A stretch of DNA of 64,000 bases from Macrostomum lignano (lineage: Eukaryota). Positions 34,858-47,378 of the stretch are shown here, piece after piece; the stretch's first letter is position 1; each line of letters opens with the position of its first letter. The notes below the pieces were generated by a model, which did no database searches, was not told the origin of the DNA, and saw nothing but the letters and a program-made list of their open reading frames with translations. The position numbers and the translations under genes are program-made. The DNA lies in assembly GCA_002269645.1 (NCBI GenBank), contig NIVC01001075.1, positions 248,001 to 312,000 on the forward strand. Direction: 5' to 3'.

Positions 34858-35439
34858 CTCTCCATCTGCTCATGTTCGCAGACTTGTCCCCAGCTACTGT
34901 AAAAGCAGCTGTTAATATAGCTCAGCCGTTCAAATCCCCTGTAGTGGGAAATTTCTTGCGTGTTTCTCCCACCAGCTCAGATCTGCAGGGCTCCGCCAAT
35001 GAGAATTAACTTACCCTTTTCCTTGCGTGCACATCTCGTCTCTCGCCTTGCAGTTTCCAGCCTCGCCAACAACCCCCCCCCCCCGAGGACTGAGAACCGT
35101 TGGCATAAGAGCTGCGGGATGCTAGGCTAGGCGCACCTGACAGAAGATAGTCTCACTGCAACCTGATATTATTGACATTGTCTCTTCCGGACCTCTTTAG
35201 CAGGCAGTTTGCTTTTTAAAATCCAGAGCGATAACAGGAATTGGTAGTCAGAATCGGCACCTTTGCTAAAACTACCAAAGCTATACCGGCCTATTGTATT
35301 GTAAGTTGCACTGACCGGGTATTTGTTTTTTGTAAGACGTAAATGTTGAAATGTTGTTAGGGCTAGGGTTAATGATAGGACTTCTATCAAAAGCAATCTT
35401 ACCGACAATAGGTTCCTGTCAGGAAGTTTATTATAGCGG

Positions 35440-35995
35440 AAGCTTCCATATTGGAATGTTTCCTAGTGGGAAGCTTCCCTATGGGAATGTTTCCTAGGCA
35501 AAGATTCCCTATGGGGATGTGTCCTAGGCGAGGGTTCCTTATGGGAATGTTTCCTAGTGGAAGCTTCCCCATGGGAATGTTTCCTAGTGGAGGGTTCCAT
35601 ATCGGAATGTTTCCTAGTGGAGGGTTCCGTATTGGAATGTTTCCTAGTGGAGGGTTCCATATTGGAATGTTTCCTAGTGGAGGGTTCCATATTGGAATGT
35701 TTCCTAGGCCAGGGTTCCCCATGGGAACGTTTCCTAGTCGGGGTTCCCCTATGGGGATGTGTCCTAGTCGGGAGTTCCCTATCGGAATGCTTCCTAGTCG
35801 GGGGTTCCCTATGAGAATGTTTCCTAGTGGTGGGTTCCATATTGGAATGTTTCCTAGTGGAGGGTTCCATATTGGAATGCTTCCTAGTCGGGGGTTCCCT
35901 ATGAGAATGTTCCCTATGGGAATGTTTCCTAGGCGAGGGTTCCCTATCAGAATGTTTCCTAGTCGAGGCTTCCCTATCGGAATGTTTCCTCGGCA
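35440..35995. repeat. 30-bp minisatellite (TTCCTAGTGGAGGGTTCCATATTGGAATGT)
   Basis: Direct inspection. Confidence 0.93.
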
Positions 35996-36498
35996 TAGTC
36001 GGCATAAAGATGCCTGTAGACTGAGTATCTTTATAGTAATGTCCTGAAATTAGTGAAATGAACTTACACATTGCACGGATATTAGGTCCATAAACATATA
36101 GTAAATGCGCATGCCAGGTGTTAATTGGGATATTATTGCTGGATATTATGAATTTCACATCCGCTCTTATTTTCATGCGTATATAAACAAGCTTTGAATC
36201 AGTTTCTGTCGGCTTTTGTAATCTACGTATAAAAATTTTCTCTGTCGAAAGAGAACCAGGAAATCTTTGGTTGGCCGGCCCTTATTCTGCAAATTAATTC
36301 CTATTATGTTTGATCTACGGCGTATGACAGGACGGACTGAATTCCGGCTTGGCATAAATGATGAGAATCATGTTCTATCTGTCGTGTCTCTGAAAGGATT
36401 TTCTTGTACGTGCAGTCGTATAGCAGCGATTTTATGCCTTTTATGATTTTATGCGTGACCTGCTCTGTACACCTCTGTAATCAAAAGCAGCATCAAGG

Positions 36499-37011
36499 AT
36501 GTGGACCTCAGCGGCCACAGCGTCGAGCTGCCCAGCCGAGGACCCGGCCGCTCGACAGAAACCCACGCTGAGCGATTGTTTGAAAGGCGTTGCGCCGGCC
36601 TGCATCACCTATCGCGTCGCTTTGCTCTCTGTCGCCGGCGTTGTAGCCATTGTCAGCGGTGTCGACTTGGTTCAACGCGAAGCCCGAGCAGCGGCCCGTC
36701 CCGAAGAGTTCGGCTACCTTCGCCGCAATTCGATCTACTGGTCGGAGGTGGCCGCCTTCTGCTGCGCCATCTTCCTGGCCAGCGTGGTGGGTTGTGTCGT
36801 TTGCGTTGGCAGGATTCGTCAGCGCCAGAGAAGGTCGCTCTGCGGCGGCGGTGCCAACGGCGGCCTGCAGCTGACCGGGCTGGGCTCCGTGTCGACGCGT
36901 CAAGCGTCATCGCCGACAGCGTCCAAACCCGCGGCTCCGTCGTCTCTGTCGGTGCTGATTTCACTGGCGACCAGTCGGTCAATGGCTGCTGATAGTATTC
37001 GTGATGAATGA
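36499..37011 (+). CDS. Single-exon orphan membrane protein, 170 aa, two predicted TM helices
   Basis: ATG-initiated GC-rich island in AT-rich flanks; hydrophobic VALLSVAGVVAIVSGV and VAAFCCAIFLASVVGCVVCVG followed by RIRQRQRR. Confidence 0.7.
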   Translation: MWTSAATASSCPAEDPAARQKPTLSDCLKGVAPACITYRVALLSVAGVVAIVSGVDLVQREARAAARPEEFGYLRRNSIYWSEVAAFCCAIFLASVVGCVVCVGRIRQRQRRSLCGGGANGGLQLTGLGSVSTRQASSPTASKPAAPSSLSVLISLATSRSMAADSIRDE

Positions 37012-37089
37012 GCTCTGTTTTGCAATACATTGAAGGGCGCGATGTGGTTAAAAGAAATGGACTTAATTATTAACAGTTTCTTCTTTACT

Positions 37090-38875
37090 TTGGACCAATG
37101 TAGCTTTGGACCAAGCTTTGGACCAATGTAGCTTTGGACCAATGTAGCTTTGGACCAATGTAGCTTTGGGCCAATGTAGCTTTGGACCAATGTAGCTTTG
37201 GGCCAATGTAGCTTTGGACCAATGTAGCTTTGGACCAAAGTAGCTTTGGACCAATGTAACTTTGGACCAATGTAGCTTTGGACCAATGTAGCTTTGGACC
37301 AATCTAGCTCTGGACCAATGTAACTTTGGACCAATGTAGCTTTGGAGCTTTGGACCAATGTAGCTTTGGACCAAAGTAGCTTTGGACCAATGTAACTTTG
37401 GACCAATGTAGCTTTGGACCAAGCTTTGGACCAATGTAGCTTTGGACCAATGTAGCTTTGGACCAAAGTAGCTTTGGACCAATGTAACTTTGGACAAAGT
37501 AGCTTTGGACCAATGTAGCTTTGGACCAATGTAGCTTTGGACCAAAGTAGCTTTGGACCAATGTAGCTTTGGACCAATGTAGCTTTGGACCAATGTAACT
37601 TTGGACCAATGTAGCTTTGGACCAAGCTTTGGACCAATGTAGCTTTGGACCAATGTAGCTTTGGACCAATGTAGCTTTGGACCAAAGTAGCTTTGGACCA
37701 ATGTAACTTTGGACCAATGTAGCTTTGGACCAAGCTTTGGACCAATGTAGCTTTGGACCAATGTAACTTTGGACCAATGTAGCTTTGGACCAAGCTTTGG
37801 ACCAATGTAGCTTTGGACCAAAGTAGCTTTGGACCAATGTAACTTTGGACAAAGTAGCTTTGGACCAATGTAGCTTTGGACCAATGTAGCTTTGGACCAA
37901 AGTAGCTTTGGACCAATGTAGCTTTGGACCAATGTAGCTTTGGACCAATGTAACTTTGGACCAATGTAGCTTTGGACCAAGCTTTGGACCAATGTAGCTT
38001 TGGACCAATGTAGCTTTGGACCAATGTAGCTTTGGACCAAAGTAGCTTTGGACCAATGTAACTTTGGACCAATGTAGCTTTGGACCAAGCTTTGGACCAA
38101 TGTAGCTTTGGACCAATGTAGCTTTGGACCAAAGTAGCTTTGGACCAATGTAGCTTTGGACCAAAGTAGCTTTGGACCAATGTAACTTTGGACCAATGTA
38201 GCTTTGGACCAATGTAACTTTGGACCTATGTAGCTTTGGACCAATGTAGCTTTGGACCAAAGTAGCTTTGGACCAATGTAACTTTGGACCAATGTAGCTT
38301 TGGACCAATGTAGCTTTGGACCAATGTAGCTCTGGACCAATGTAACTTTGGACCAATGTAGCTTTGGACCAATGTAACTTTGGACCAATGTAGCTTTGGA
38401 GCTTTGGACCAATGTAGCTTTGGACCAAAGTAGCTTTGGACCAATGTAACTTTGGACCAATGTAGCTTTGGACCAAGCTTTGGACCAATGTAGCTTTGGA
38501 CCAATGTAGCTTTGGACCAATGTAGCTTTGGACCAAAGTAGCTTTGGACCAATGTAACTTTGGACCAAAGTAGCTTTGGACCAATGTAACTTTGGACCAA
38601 TGTAGCTTTGGACCAAAGTAGCTTTGGACCAATGTAACTTTGGACCAATGTAGCTTTGGACCAATGTAGCTTTGGACCAAAGTAGCTTTGGACCAATGTA
38701 ACTTTGGACCAAAGTAGCTTTGGACCAATGTAGCTTTGGACCAATGTAGCTTTGGACCAATGTAGCTTTGGACCAATGTAGCTTTGGACCAATGTAACTT
38801 TGGACCAATGTAGCTTTGGACCAATGTAGCTTTGGACCAATGTAACTTTGGACCAATGTAGCTTTGGACCAATGT
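37090..38875. repeat. 16-bp minisatellite (GGACCAATGTAGCTTT), about 110 units
   Basis: 16-aa (48-nt) translation period in all three minus frames. Confidence 0.97.
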
Positions 38876-39274
38876 AGGAGGCTTGGTAACCAGACAGTGT
38901 CCAACTGGAAACCCACCAACCAGAAAGTAGCCATAATGTACTTTTGTTGTTTTTGTTCCAAATCTACGTCCATGTGCTCGTATTTTTCGTGATGTTTTTG
39001 TTGTAAAAAGTGATTGGTTTTTTAAAACTTCAATATGATATTCATGATCAGTAGACCTTTAACGCGTTTTGTGTCCAGTGTAAGCAAGTATTTCGCTAGC
39101 AAACACCTTAAAGCCAGTCAGTTTTGTAAATATTAATTAAAGCGTCCTCTCCCGAGCCACTGTTCTTTTAAATAGTTGGCGATAATTCTACTTATTTTTT
39201 GTTATCTTTGCGTGATTGCATTATTAGTTTTTTTAAATCTATGCAGTCGGGTTTAAAGATTTAAACAAAAATAT

Positions 39275-39390
39275 TGTACAGTGGCGCTCGTTTTTTTATT
39301 GCTAGGCATGTACACTTCACTGTGCCTTGGGGCAGCACTTGGAATCGAGCCTGGGTCGCTGGTAGATCAGAGCGTCACAATAGACCAGAT
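39275..39390 (-). mobile_element. Second, internally deleted copy of the SINE-like element
   Basis: Shares CCAGCGACCCAGGCTCGATTCCAAGTGC and CCCAAGGC(A/G)CAGTGAAGTGTACATGCCTA with 16669-16803. Confidence 0.75.
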
Positions 39391-39602
39391 GCAGATCTAA
39401 ATTTTCTATAGTTGACTATAGTCATTCTTCAGTTATTGAACGCACTAAAACTCTATTTTCGACGCAAAGTTGGCTGTCTTTTACCATAGACACAAGCCGA
39501 CAGACTGCTGCACGAGATGGGCTGAGGCGGTATTCATCTGAACGCTATAAATTTCCTTCATTTTGCTGATCAATTGAATGCAGCTTCGAGAGCCTCTCGA
39601 CA

Positions 39603-42600
39603 ATGACCAGCCCGATTAAATCTGGCAGTAAGACGTATTGCTACAAGTCGAGTCGTCGCTCACGGTCCTCCTCCCGGATGCGATCAAGCCAAAGAAAGAA
39701 AGAAAGAAACAGCTGCTCAAACGACGTCGTCATGACAAACAATCTAAATATTGTGGACAAGTCCAAAGAGCGAAATAAAAACATTGTCATCTTTCAGGAG
39801 GAGAGCGCGAAAAGCGAGGACTGGAAGAAGAAGTACATTCATAGCACTCTGTTCCTGCTGGGCTACGGCGCTTATGGCAGCGTGTTTCAGGCAAGCAGGA
39901 TTTTAATGTGCTGTGGGAATCCGGTTCTGGCTAATAACAGTTCAGTTTAGTAGTATGTTGTGCATGTAATATTTTGCACCGTTGCCTATTTGAGATTGAT
40001 GTTAATAATAATGGCGACATCGTCCGTCCGGCAATTCTACCCATTCCGCTGACGCAGGCATGCACTCATACACACGCTCACACATGGCGTACAGCGACCT
40101 TGCCTTACTAAATCAGGGCTCGGCAAACTCCCGCCCGCGAAGCCTCTCTATCTGGCCCTCGGGTCCATGAAACTTCAAAATAGCAATCCGGCCTGCTCAA
40201 GGTTTGTCTCTTCTCAGGTCTCCTCTCTCCGCTCCTTCGGGGTCTCCTATCACTTCTCTCCTTTCTCCCCTTCTCTTCCCTCTCTAATCTCTTCTCTCCT
40301 CTCCTCTCTGGCCCAGCAGTCACGCGCTAGATTTGGTATCTGGCCCTTACGTTGAAAAATTATGCCGACCCCTGTACTAAATGAATGTGGCCTCACACAG
40401 AATCGTGTGCCCCTGTCTGTTTTGTATTGCCAATTGCTAATATTGACAGGCTTGCCCGCAAATATTCACTGTGGCCTTGACTATGTATAGATTAATTTGT
40501 ATTTGAATTTAACCAGTCTTTTTAACAGACCAGATCGTGTAGCAAGTTGACCTGTGGGAAATAAATCAGACGATTTCTAGCAAGACATCGGCTCAAGATG
40601 GACTTTGACAGGATTAAAAGGCTTTTCAGACCTACAGAAGCTATATTCAGCAACTTTAAGGATTCGAGACTCCCCTGTTGTTTTCCTCCCTAATTAGCTG
40701 TAGCAAACGCACCTGCCGCCGTTACTTCTAAGTAAGCAGGGATTATTTCAGAAATTCTTAATCTTAGCCTCCCCACTTAATATGGGAAATATAGTACCTT
40801 AAAATATGCAGCAGAGTTCTGTTGTTCTGACAGAATTCATCGGAAATTCAACCAAAGTCGATTTCTTAGACAGTTGTTTTAATTATTTTAATGAAACAAT
40901 TTAGTTTGTTACATATCGGGCCATTCTATATGTATTAACAAAATGACTAAAATACTTTGTTGCTTTAACATAGAATCATAATTTTCTAAACGCAAAGCTT
41001 CATAAATATCAATAGAGCAATAAGAAAGGCACAACATATCAAAAGATAAACATTGGATTTGCCTCCTATCAAAAGCAATAATAATTTTGATCTGAAAAAA
41101 TGAAAACTTCATATCTCCGTAGTGTATTTTTTTCGGAAAACCTGTCTCTAAAAATTTTCCAAGAAATGAGGCTTCCTTGCCTAGGCCAATGTTATATTAA
41201 TTCGGTCAATCACTCAGTCTCCCAACACTGAATTGCTCTATTGATTGTAAAAATGGTTGCCAGGCCTAATAAATCCTAATAAATTAATGGATGACGGTTA
41301 AAGACATTTTCACTGTCATGGGATGGTACACTGTAAAGGCGTTGAAAATCTGACCTTGTTGAATTGAAAATCGTTGAATATCTCGAAGGTCGTATATGCT
41401 TCAAGCCCTGCTGATGGTAAACATTTGCTGGTATTGATCAAATTACAATATCAGGGTATCATCAAACAATTATTTGCTCAACCTTCAATCCAAGGCCAGG
41501 TAACATCTCGGCTGTACTCTCAGATCCGGCAACGCATTTCCCGTGAGCGGTACATCTACCACGCCGACTTTCTAACCAACTACGCGTCGCAGCGCCGACT
41601 GAAGCTCGACCAATACGACAAGCTGAGGGACAAGCAACGACACGATCGTCTGTTCGACACGGTGGCCATCAAGTACGAAATTCTTGACCAGTCGATGCTG
41701 GAGGACGGCGCCACTCGGTTCTGTCTGTTCCTCCGTCGCGAATTCCTGGTGCTGGACACCATCTGGCGTCGGTTCCCTCGACTGCTGGTTGGATTTCCAG
41801 TCGTGTTCGACTTTGGGTACATTGGCGACAAGCTGCAATACGGAGTGAACACCAAGTACAAGAACATATTCACCTACATGAACCTGCAAGGCGAGGAGGT
41901 GAAGTTCTTTGCCGACACGCACAACAGAAACCTCACTGGAGTTACTAAAATATCGTACATGACCATGGAGTTACTCGGGCCCTCCATCGAAGACTATCGC
42001 GTCTATTTCGAGCCTTGGTACGAGAAAGCCGGAGTAAAGCCATTCTTCCAGGTGAGAACGGTGTTTCGCATAGCTGACCAGCTGCTCTGTCGCCTGTACA
42101 TGCTGCACAAGGCTGGCTTTGTGCACCACGACCTGAAGCCGGACAACTTGGCTCTTGGCCACGGACGAGCCCTCTGGTAAATAAACCAGATAACACCACA
42201 AGATAATTTGCGAATCTTGTCAGATTCACTACCGATTTCCTTGTTTGAGTTGCGAAACTGGTGAAACCACCAGATTCGTCACCAGGTAATTTTTTGTTTT
42301 CTTGTTTGACTGTTATCTGGTGAGTTATCTGAATTTCACCAGATAACATGGCCGGAATCTTGCTTAGAAATCAGATTACATGACAAGATTTGCCACCAGA
42401 TAATTTTTTGTTTTCTTGTTTGACTGTTATCTGGTGAGTTATCTGAATTTCACCAGATAACATGGCCAGAATCTTGCTTAGAAATCAGATTACATGACAA
42501 GATTCGCCACCAGATAATTTTTTGTTTTCTTGTTTGACTGTTATCTGGTGAGTTATCTGAATTTCACCAGATAACATGGCCCGAATCTTGCTTAGAAATC

Positions 42601-45600
42601 AGATTACATGACAAGATTTGCCACCAGATAATTTTTTGTTTTCTTGTTTGACTGTTATCTAATGAGTTATCTGAATTTCACCAGATAACATGGCCCGAAT
42701 CTTGCTTAGAAATCAGATTACATGACAAGATTTGCCACCAGATAATTTTTTGTTTTCTTGTTTGATTGAATCTTGTTTGAATCGGAATTTCACAGGATAA
42801 CATGGTGCGAATCTTGTTTGAAAATCAGATAACAGTACAAGATTCGCCACCAGGTAATTTTTCGTTTTCTTGGTTGATTGAATCTTGTTTGAATCGGAAT
42901 TTCACAGGATAACATGGTGCAAATCTTGTTTGAAAGACAGATAACAGTACAAGATTTAAATCAGAATAACTGTGCGTTATCTAGTCTGTAAGAAACCTGT
43001 GTGAATCTGAAATTTACCGGATAACAGGATGCGAATCTGGTTTGCAAACCAGATAATGGAAAATGCCTCAAAGATGCCTTTGTGTTATCCGGTCTGTAAG
43101 AACCCGTTGTACTTTTCACCCATAATTTTTTTCAGAATTTCGTGATCCAGGCCTAATTTAATTGATTTCCAAGTGAAGGCCCGGATCAGCATTTTTAGCC
43201 CGGAATAGCCCCTTTTTCCGGAAATGTGATCCTGCAAAAGTTCGGGAAAAAGGAAAGCTGTTCCGGCTGCATTTTCCGAAATTTTTCACCTTGAACGCTG
43301 CTAAATTCTAATTGTAGACCCAAATTTCAGGTTTTCCAAATGAAAATGTTCTGGATGAGATTTCAGGAGTTCAGTCGGAATTCCTCAGAGATCTAGATCA
43401 AGTGATTCGGCAAATCCACAGGGATCAGCTCCCATTGACTCGAATCTCGATGAAGTTATGGATAAGACTGGACTTCGCGTCTGTTGTGGATCAAGGCAGC
43501 TCATAAGCTGACCTGCGATGGATAATCAATCCTCGCTTCTGTTGTGGCTCAAGGCAGCTCATAAGCTGACCTGCGATGGATAATTAATCCTCGCTTCTGT
43601 TGTGGCTCAAGGCAGCTCATAAGCTGACCTGCGATGGATAATCAATCCTCGCTTCTGTTGGGACTCAAGGCAGCTCATAAGCTGACCTGCGATGGATAAT
43701 CAATCCTCGCTTCTGTTGTGGCTCAAGGCAGCTCATAAGCTGACCTGCGATGGATAATCAATCCTCGCTTCTGTTGTGGCTCAAGGCAGCTCATAAGCTG
43801 ACCTGCGATGGAAAATCAATCCTCGCTTCTGTTGGGACTCAAGGCAGCTCATAAGCTGACCTGCGATGGATAATCAATCCTCGCTTCTGTTGTGGCTCAA
43901 GGCAGCTCATAAGCTGACCTGCGATGGATAATCAATCCTCGCTTCTGTTGTGGCTCAAGGCAGCTCATAAGCTGACCTGCGATGGATAATTAATCCTCGC
44001 TTCTGTTGTGGCTCAAGGCAGCTCATAAGCTGACCTGCGATGGATAATCAATCCTCGCTTCTGTTGTGGCTCAAGGCAGCTCATAAGCTGACCTGCGATG
44101 ATTAATCAATCCTCGCTTCTGTTGGGACTCAAGGCAGCTAATAAGCTGACCTGCGATGGATAATCAATCCTCGCTTCTGTTGGGACTCAAGGCAGCTGCT
44201 AAGCTGACCTGCGAGGGGTAAAGTGCCATATATCAGCAAACGCTAGCGCTCGTAATGTGAGGCCGTGCCCACCCTCCCTGCAGGTGATAGCTTTGTTGGC
44301 TCTTCGACAAACTATTGCATTCTTATTGTGCTGGAGAGGTTTGACTCCCAATGGCATGTAGTCTGTCGCTGTTACTTAGTGTATCAGATTACCCTATTAT
44401 CTGGTGCAGCTGGGTGTCTAGATGGAGCTGTGGCATGGTTCCAAAAGCTCCTACTGGCCCAGTTCTAAGGTAGCCTTTTTTTAAGACAGACGTTATTCTA
44501 GCTCTTGCTAGAGCATGCTCCATTGGGTTGTCTAAAGCGTCTGCAGTGTTGGTGTATGGCCACCAGTGAGGGATAATTGAACCCCGCTTCAACCGATGAA
44601 TCAAAGTTGAGCAGTTGACTGAAAATGCTGACCTACGAGGGGTAATCAAACCTCGCGTCTGTTGTGGCTCAAGGCAGCTGCTAAGAGTAGTCACTTTTAT
44701 TTGACTACGCGGGTCAATCTTTAATCCGAGGGGTAATAAAGCCTCGAAATTGCAAGGTGGATTGATCTGCTTTTCGGAGGCACTGTAGCGTCCGTAATGT
44801 GAGGCTGAGCCCATCCTCCGTACAGGTGACAATTGAAAAATTGTTGCGCCCTGATTGTGTGCAAGAGGTTTGACTACCACTGGCATGTAGTCTATCACAG
44901 CTGCTTAGTGTGTCAACGGGCTGAATGATTCTATCGTCATATTTGACGCTTAGAAGCATGAGTCAGCCAACCATATTGTTTGGCACAGCTGGGTGTCTAG
45001 ACGGAGACTGTGGCATAGTTCCAAATAGCTCTGACTGGCCCAGTATGCAAAGCAGCTTTCCTATTAAGATAGACGCTAATCCGATTTTTATCGGTGCATG
45101 CTCCATTGGTTTGTCTAAGGCGTTTGCAGTTGCACCAGCCGAGAGCAGATCAAGTCAAGAGAGTAGTCGTTACAGACCATGTCGGTAATCTTGTCGAGAT
45201 TTAATAAATCCTCGAACAAGTCAAGGGAGTAGTCGTTACAGACCATGAGTGTCGGCAATCTTGTCAGCCACTTTTTCCGGAGGGTGTCACTGCTTCGAAC
45301 GACGCAGTTGATGACGCCGTTGGACGATCGTCCATCGCACTAGCGACATCTGCAACGCCAAGTCGGTTGGATATTACCGTTGGCGCACGGGATTGCGAAA
45401 ACAATCAGGTAAGAGTTTCCAGCGTAGTCGGCATTTCGTGGACGCAACGAAGCCAGCGCCGAGCGAGCCGGCGCATCAGATGATACACAATTCACTTTGT
45501 CTCCGGTCTACGAGCAGCCGATCAACGAAAGCCAGTTGATTCCGGACGACGACTATGCTACGAATGACAATTCTATCAATGTATGTTCTATCACCTGTAT

Positions 45601-47378
45601 GTACATTGCTGTTTCTTTATAACTGTGTATATTTTGGAGAAACTGCCTTCCATCGCCATTTAATTTAACTTTAATATTGCAGAGTCGTTCCATTGCGCAG
45701 GCATATAATGCAAGCCCCCGTCAGTGGTCTCATTAATCGCCTTCCACGCGCGCGACCCGATCTTTCAAACGTCTGGCTCACGCATCGACTGCCATCAGAG
45801 TGGCGTCCGAGTACAGCAGGTCCGACCTGCGACTCAGCACCAGCTCGCAGCAGATCACCAATTCAGTAGTATCAATTAGTAGCCACAGTATAAGTAGGTC
45901 TACTTATAACTGGACTGTCGAAACTCATACGTATGCCACGCTGTTCTCCAGAAGTTTTCGTTCCTGTTGAGCTTGTTCCTGTTCCTTGTTTAGTTTGTAT
46001 AAGGCGCTTACAAAGTACAACCCGCTGTTAAATATAGAGATGCTACTCATAAAATCTTGAAACACCAACTTCTTATATGCATCTTTACTGCAAAATTTGA
46101 TGTCAATGCCTTCCGGCTTCTTTCGCATGGATTACCCGACTGTTACCTGGTCAGCGAATCCTGTTTGCCAGACAGGATAACAAACAAGATAACAAACAGG
46201 ATAACACGATGTTTCCCTGCAGGATTCGCATGAATTACCCGACTGTTACCTGGTCAGCGAATCCTGTTTGCCAGACAGGATAACAAACAAGATAACAAAC
46301 AGGATAACACGATATTTCCCTGCAGGATTCGCACGAATTACCCGACTGTTACCTGGTCAGCGAATCCTGTTTGCCAGACAGGATAACAAACAAGATAACA
46401 AACAGGATAACACGATGTTTCCCTGCAGGATTCGCATGAATTACCCGACTGTTATCTGGTCAGCAAATCCTTTTTGAATCTTGTTTGAAACAAGGAAACG
46501 TAAGATTTCGTCACGCAAACAAGATTCATACAAGATAACATTTTGCATAACCGGAATAGGGCATGTTATCTTGTTTGAGCGAATGTTATCTTGTGGTGTT
46601 ATCTGGTTTATTTACCAGAGGGAGCAATGAACACCGTCTACTTGATTGATTTTGGATTTGCTAAACAGGCAAGTTTACTGTGTTATCCATTCGGATGTCA
46701 GCACTGAGTTCTGTTATCCATTCGGATGTCAGCACTGAGTTCTGTTATCCATCGGATGTCAGCACTGAGTTCTGTTATCCATTCGGATGTCAGCACTGAG
46801 TTCTGTTATCCATCGGATGTCAGCACTGAGTTCTGTTATCCATCGGATGTCAGCACTGAGTTCTGTTATCCATTCGGATGTCAGCACTGAGTTCTGTTTT
46901 CCATTCGGATGTCAATGAAAACAATGAAAGCTTCGCATCCGATAAATAAAAAACAACTAACACAAGAACATGCGCTGACACTGGAACTCTAAAGGTGGCA
47001 GATAACCCTGTGGAAGACTGGATGGGCTCGCGCAAGTACATCTCCGTTGACGCGTACAGCGGCGAACGAGCCAACTACGCTCAGGACATCGAGAGCTGGT
47101 TCTATCTCATCATGGCTCTGCTGTACGACTCGCTGCCTTGGTCGGATGACGTCATCACGCCAATGCTCGAGGCCCAGGACGAGGCTGGCCGTTGGCTTCT
47201 GGCAGCGACCATCAAGCGGACCTGGTGGGGAGACTACAACGGCGCCAATACGCTGCACAGCATGCTGAACCAGGTGCAGAGCCTGCACCAGCGCGAGGTG
47301 CCCGACATTGGACAGATCATGAACCAGCTGCACCGGCGGGTGCGGGACCTGCGGGAGAACCTGCGACAGAACCGGTGA
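39603..47378 (+). CDS. Divergent casein kinase 1-superfamily kinase, about 453 aa if the insertion is removed; exons 39603-39890, 41524-42169 + 46625-46668, 46995-47378; currently interrupted
   Basis: LGYGAYGSVF, VAIKYE, MELLGPSIED, ADQLLCRL, HHDLKPDN, VYLIDFGFAK, GSRKYIS, DIESWFY...SLPW: CK1-type motifs in the correct order. Confidence 0.88.
40114..40374 (+). mobile_element. hAT-type MITE, 261 bp, in kinase intron 1
   Basis: TIRs CAGGGCTCGGCAAACT / ATTATGCCGACCCCTG; perfect 8-bp TSD TACTAAAT at 40106-40113 and 40375-40382. Confidence 0.92.
42282..42780. repeat. 114-bp subterminal tandem repeat, about 4.5 copies
   Basis: CCAGATAATTTTTTG recurs at 42396, 42510, 42624, 42738. Confidence 0.92.
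43485..44215. repeat. 58-bp tandem repeat, about 12 copies, inside the transposon
   Basis: TCATAAGCTGACCTGCGATGG recurs every 58 nt. Confidence 0.95.
46130..46470. repeat. 103-bp subterminal tandem repeat, about 3 copies
   Basis: TGTTACCTGGTCAGCGAATC at 46141, 46244, 46347. Confidence 0.92.
46680..46915. repeat. 30/31-bp minisatellite in the last kinase intron
   Basis: CTGAGTTCTGTTATCCATTCGGATGTCAGCA. Confidence 0.92.

Larger units (their letters stand above)
42170..46622. mobile_element. Non-autonomous DNA transposon, 4453 bp, CCC termini, possibly CMC/EnSpm-like, inserted in a kinase exon
   Basis: 37-bp perfect TIR CCCTCTGGTAAATAAACCAGATAACACCACAAGATAA; TSD AG (or GAGC if the termini are read one base shorter); removal restores the frame GHGRAMNTVYLIDFG. 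Confidence 0.93.

Noticed and set aside
36900-38973. 426-636-aa (PKLHWSKATLVQSYIG)n ORFs
   Set aside because: A 16-bp unit without stops opens all three minus frames; not coding.
43485-44215. CRISPR-like regular array (also considered for the other arrays)
   Set aside because: Head-to-tail units with no unique spacers, no cas genes, eukaryotic context.
42170-46622. Treating the TIR element as a normal intron of the kinase
   Set aside because: Donor phase 2 is incompatible with the acceptors at 46618 and 46620; both products contain a stop.
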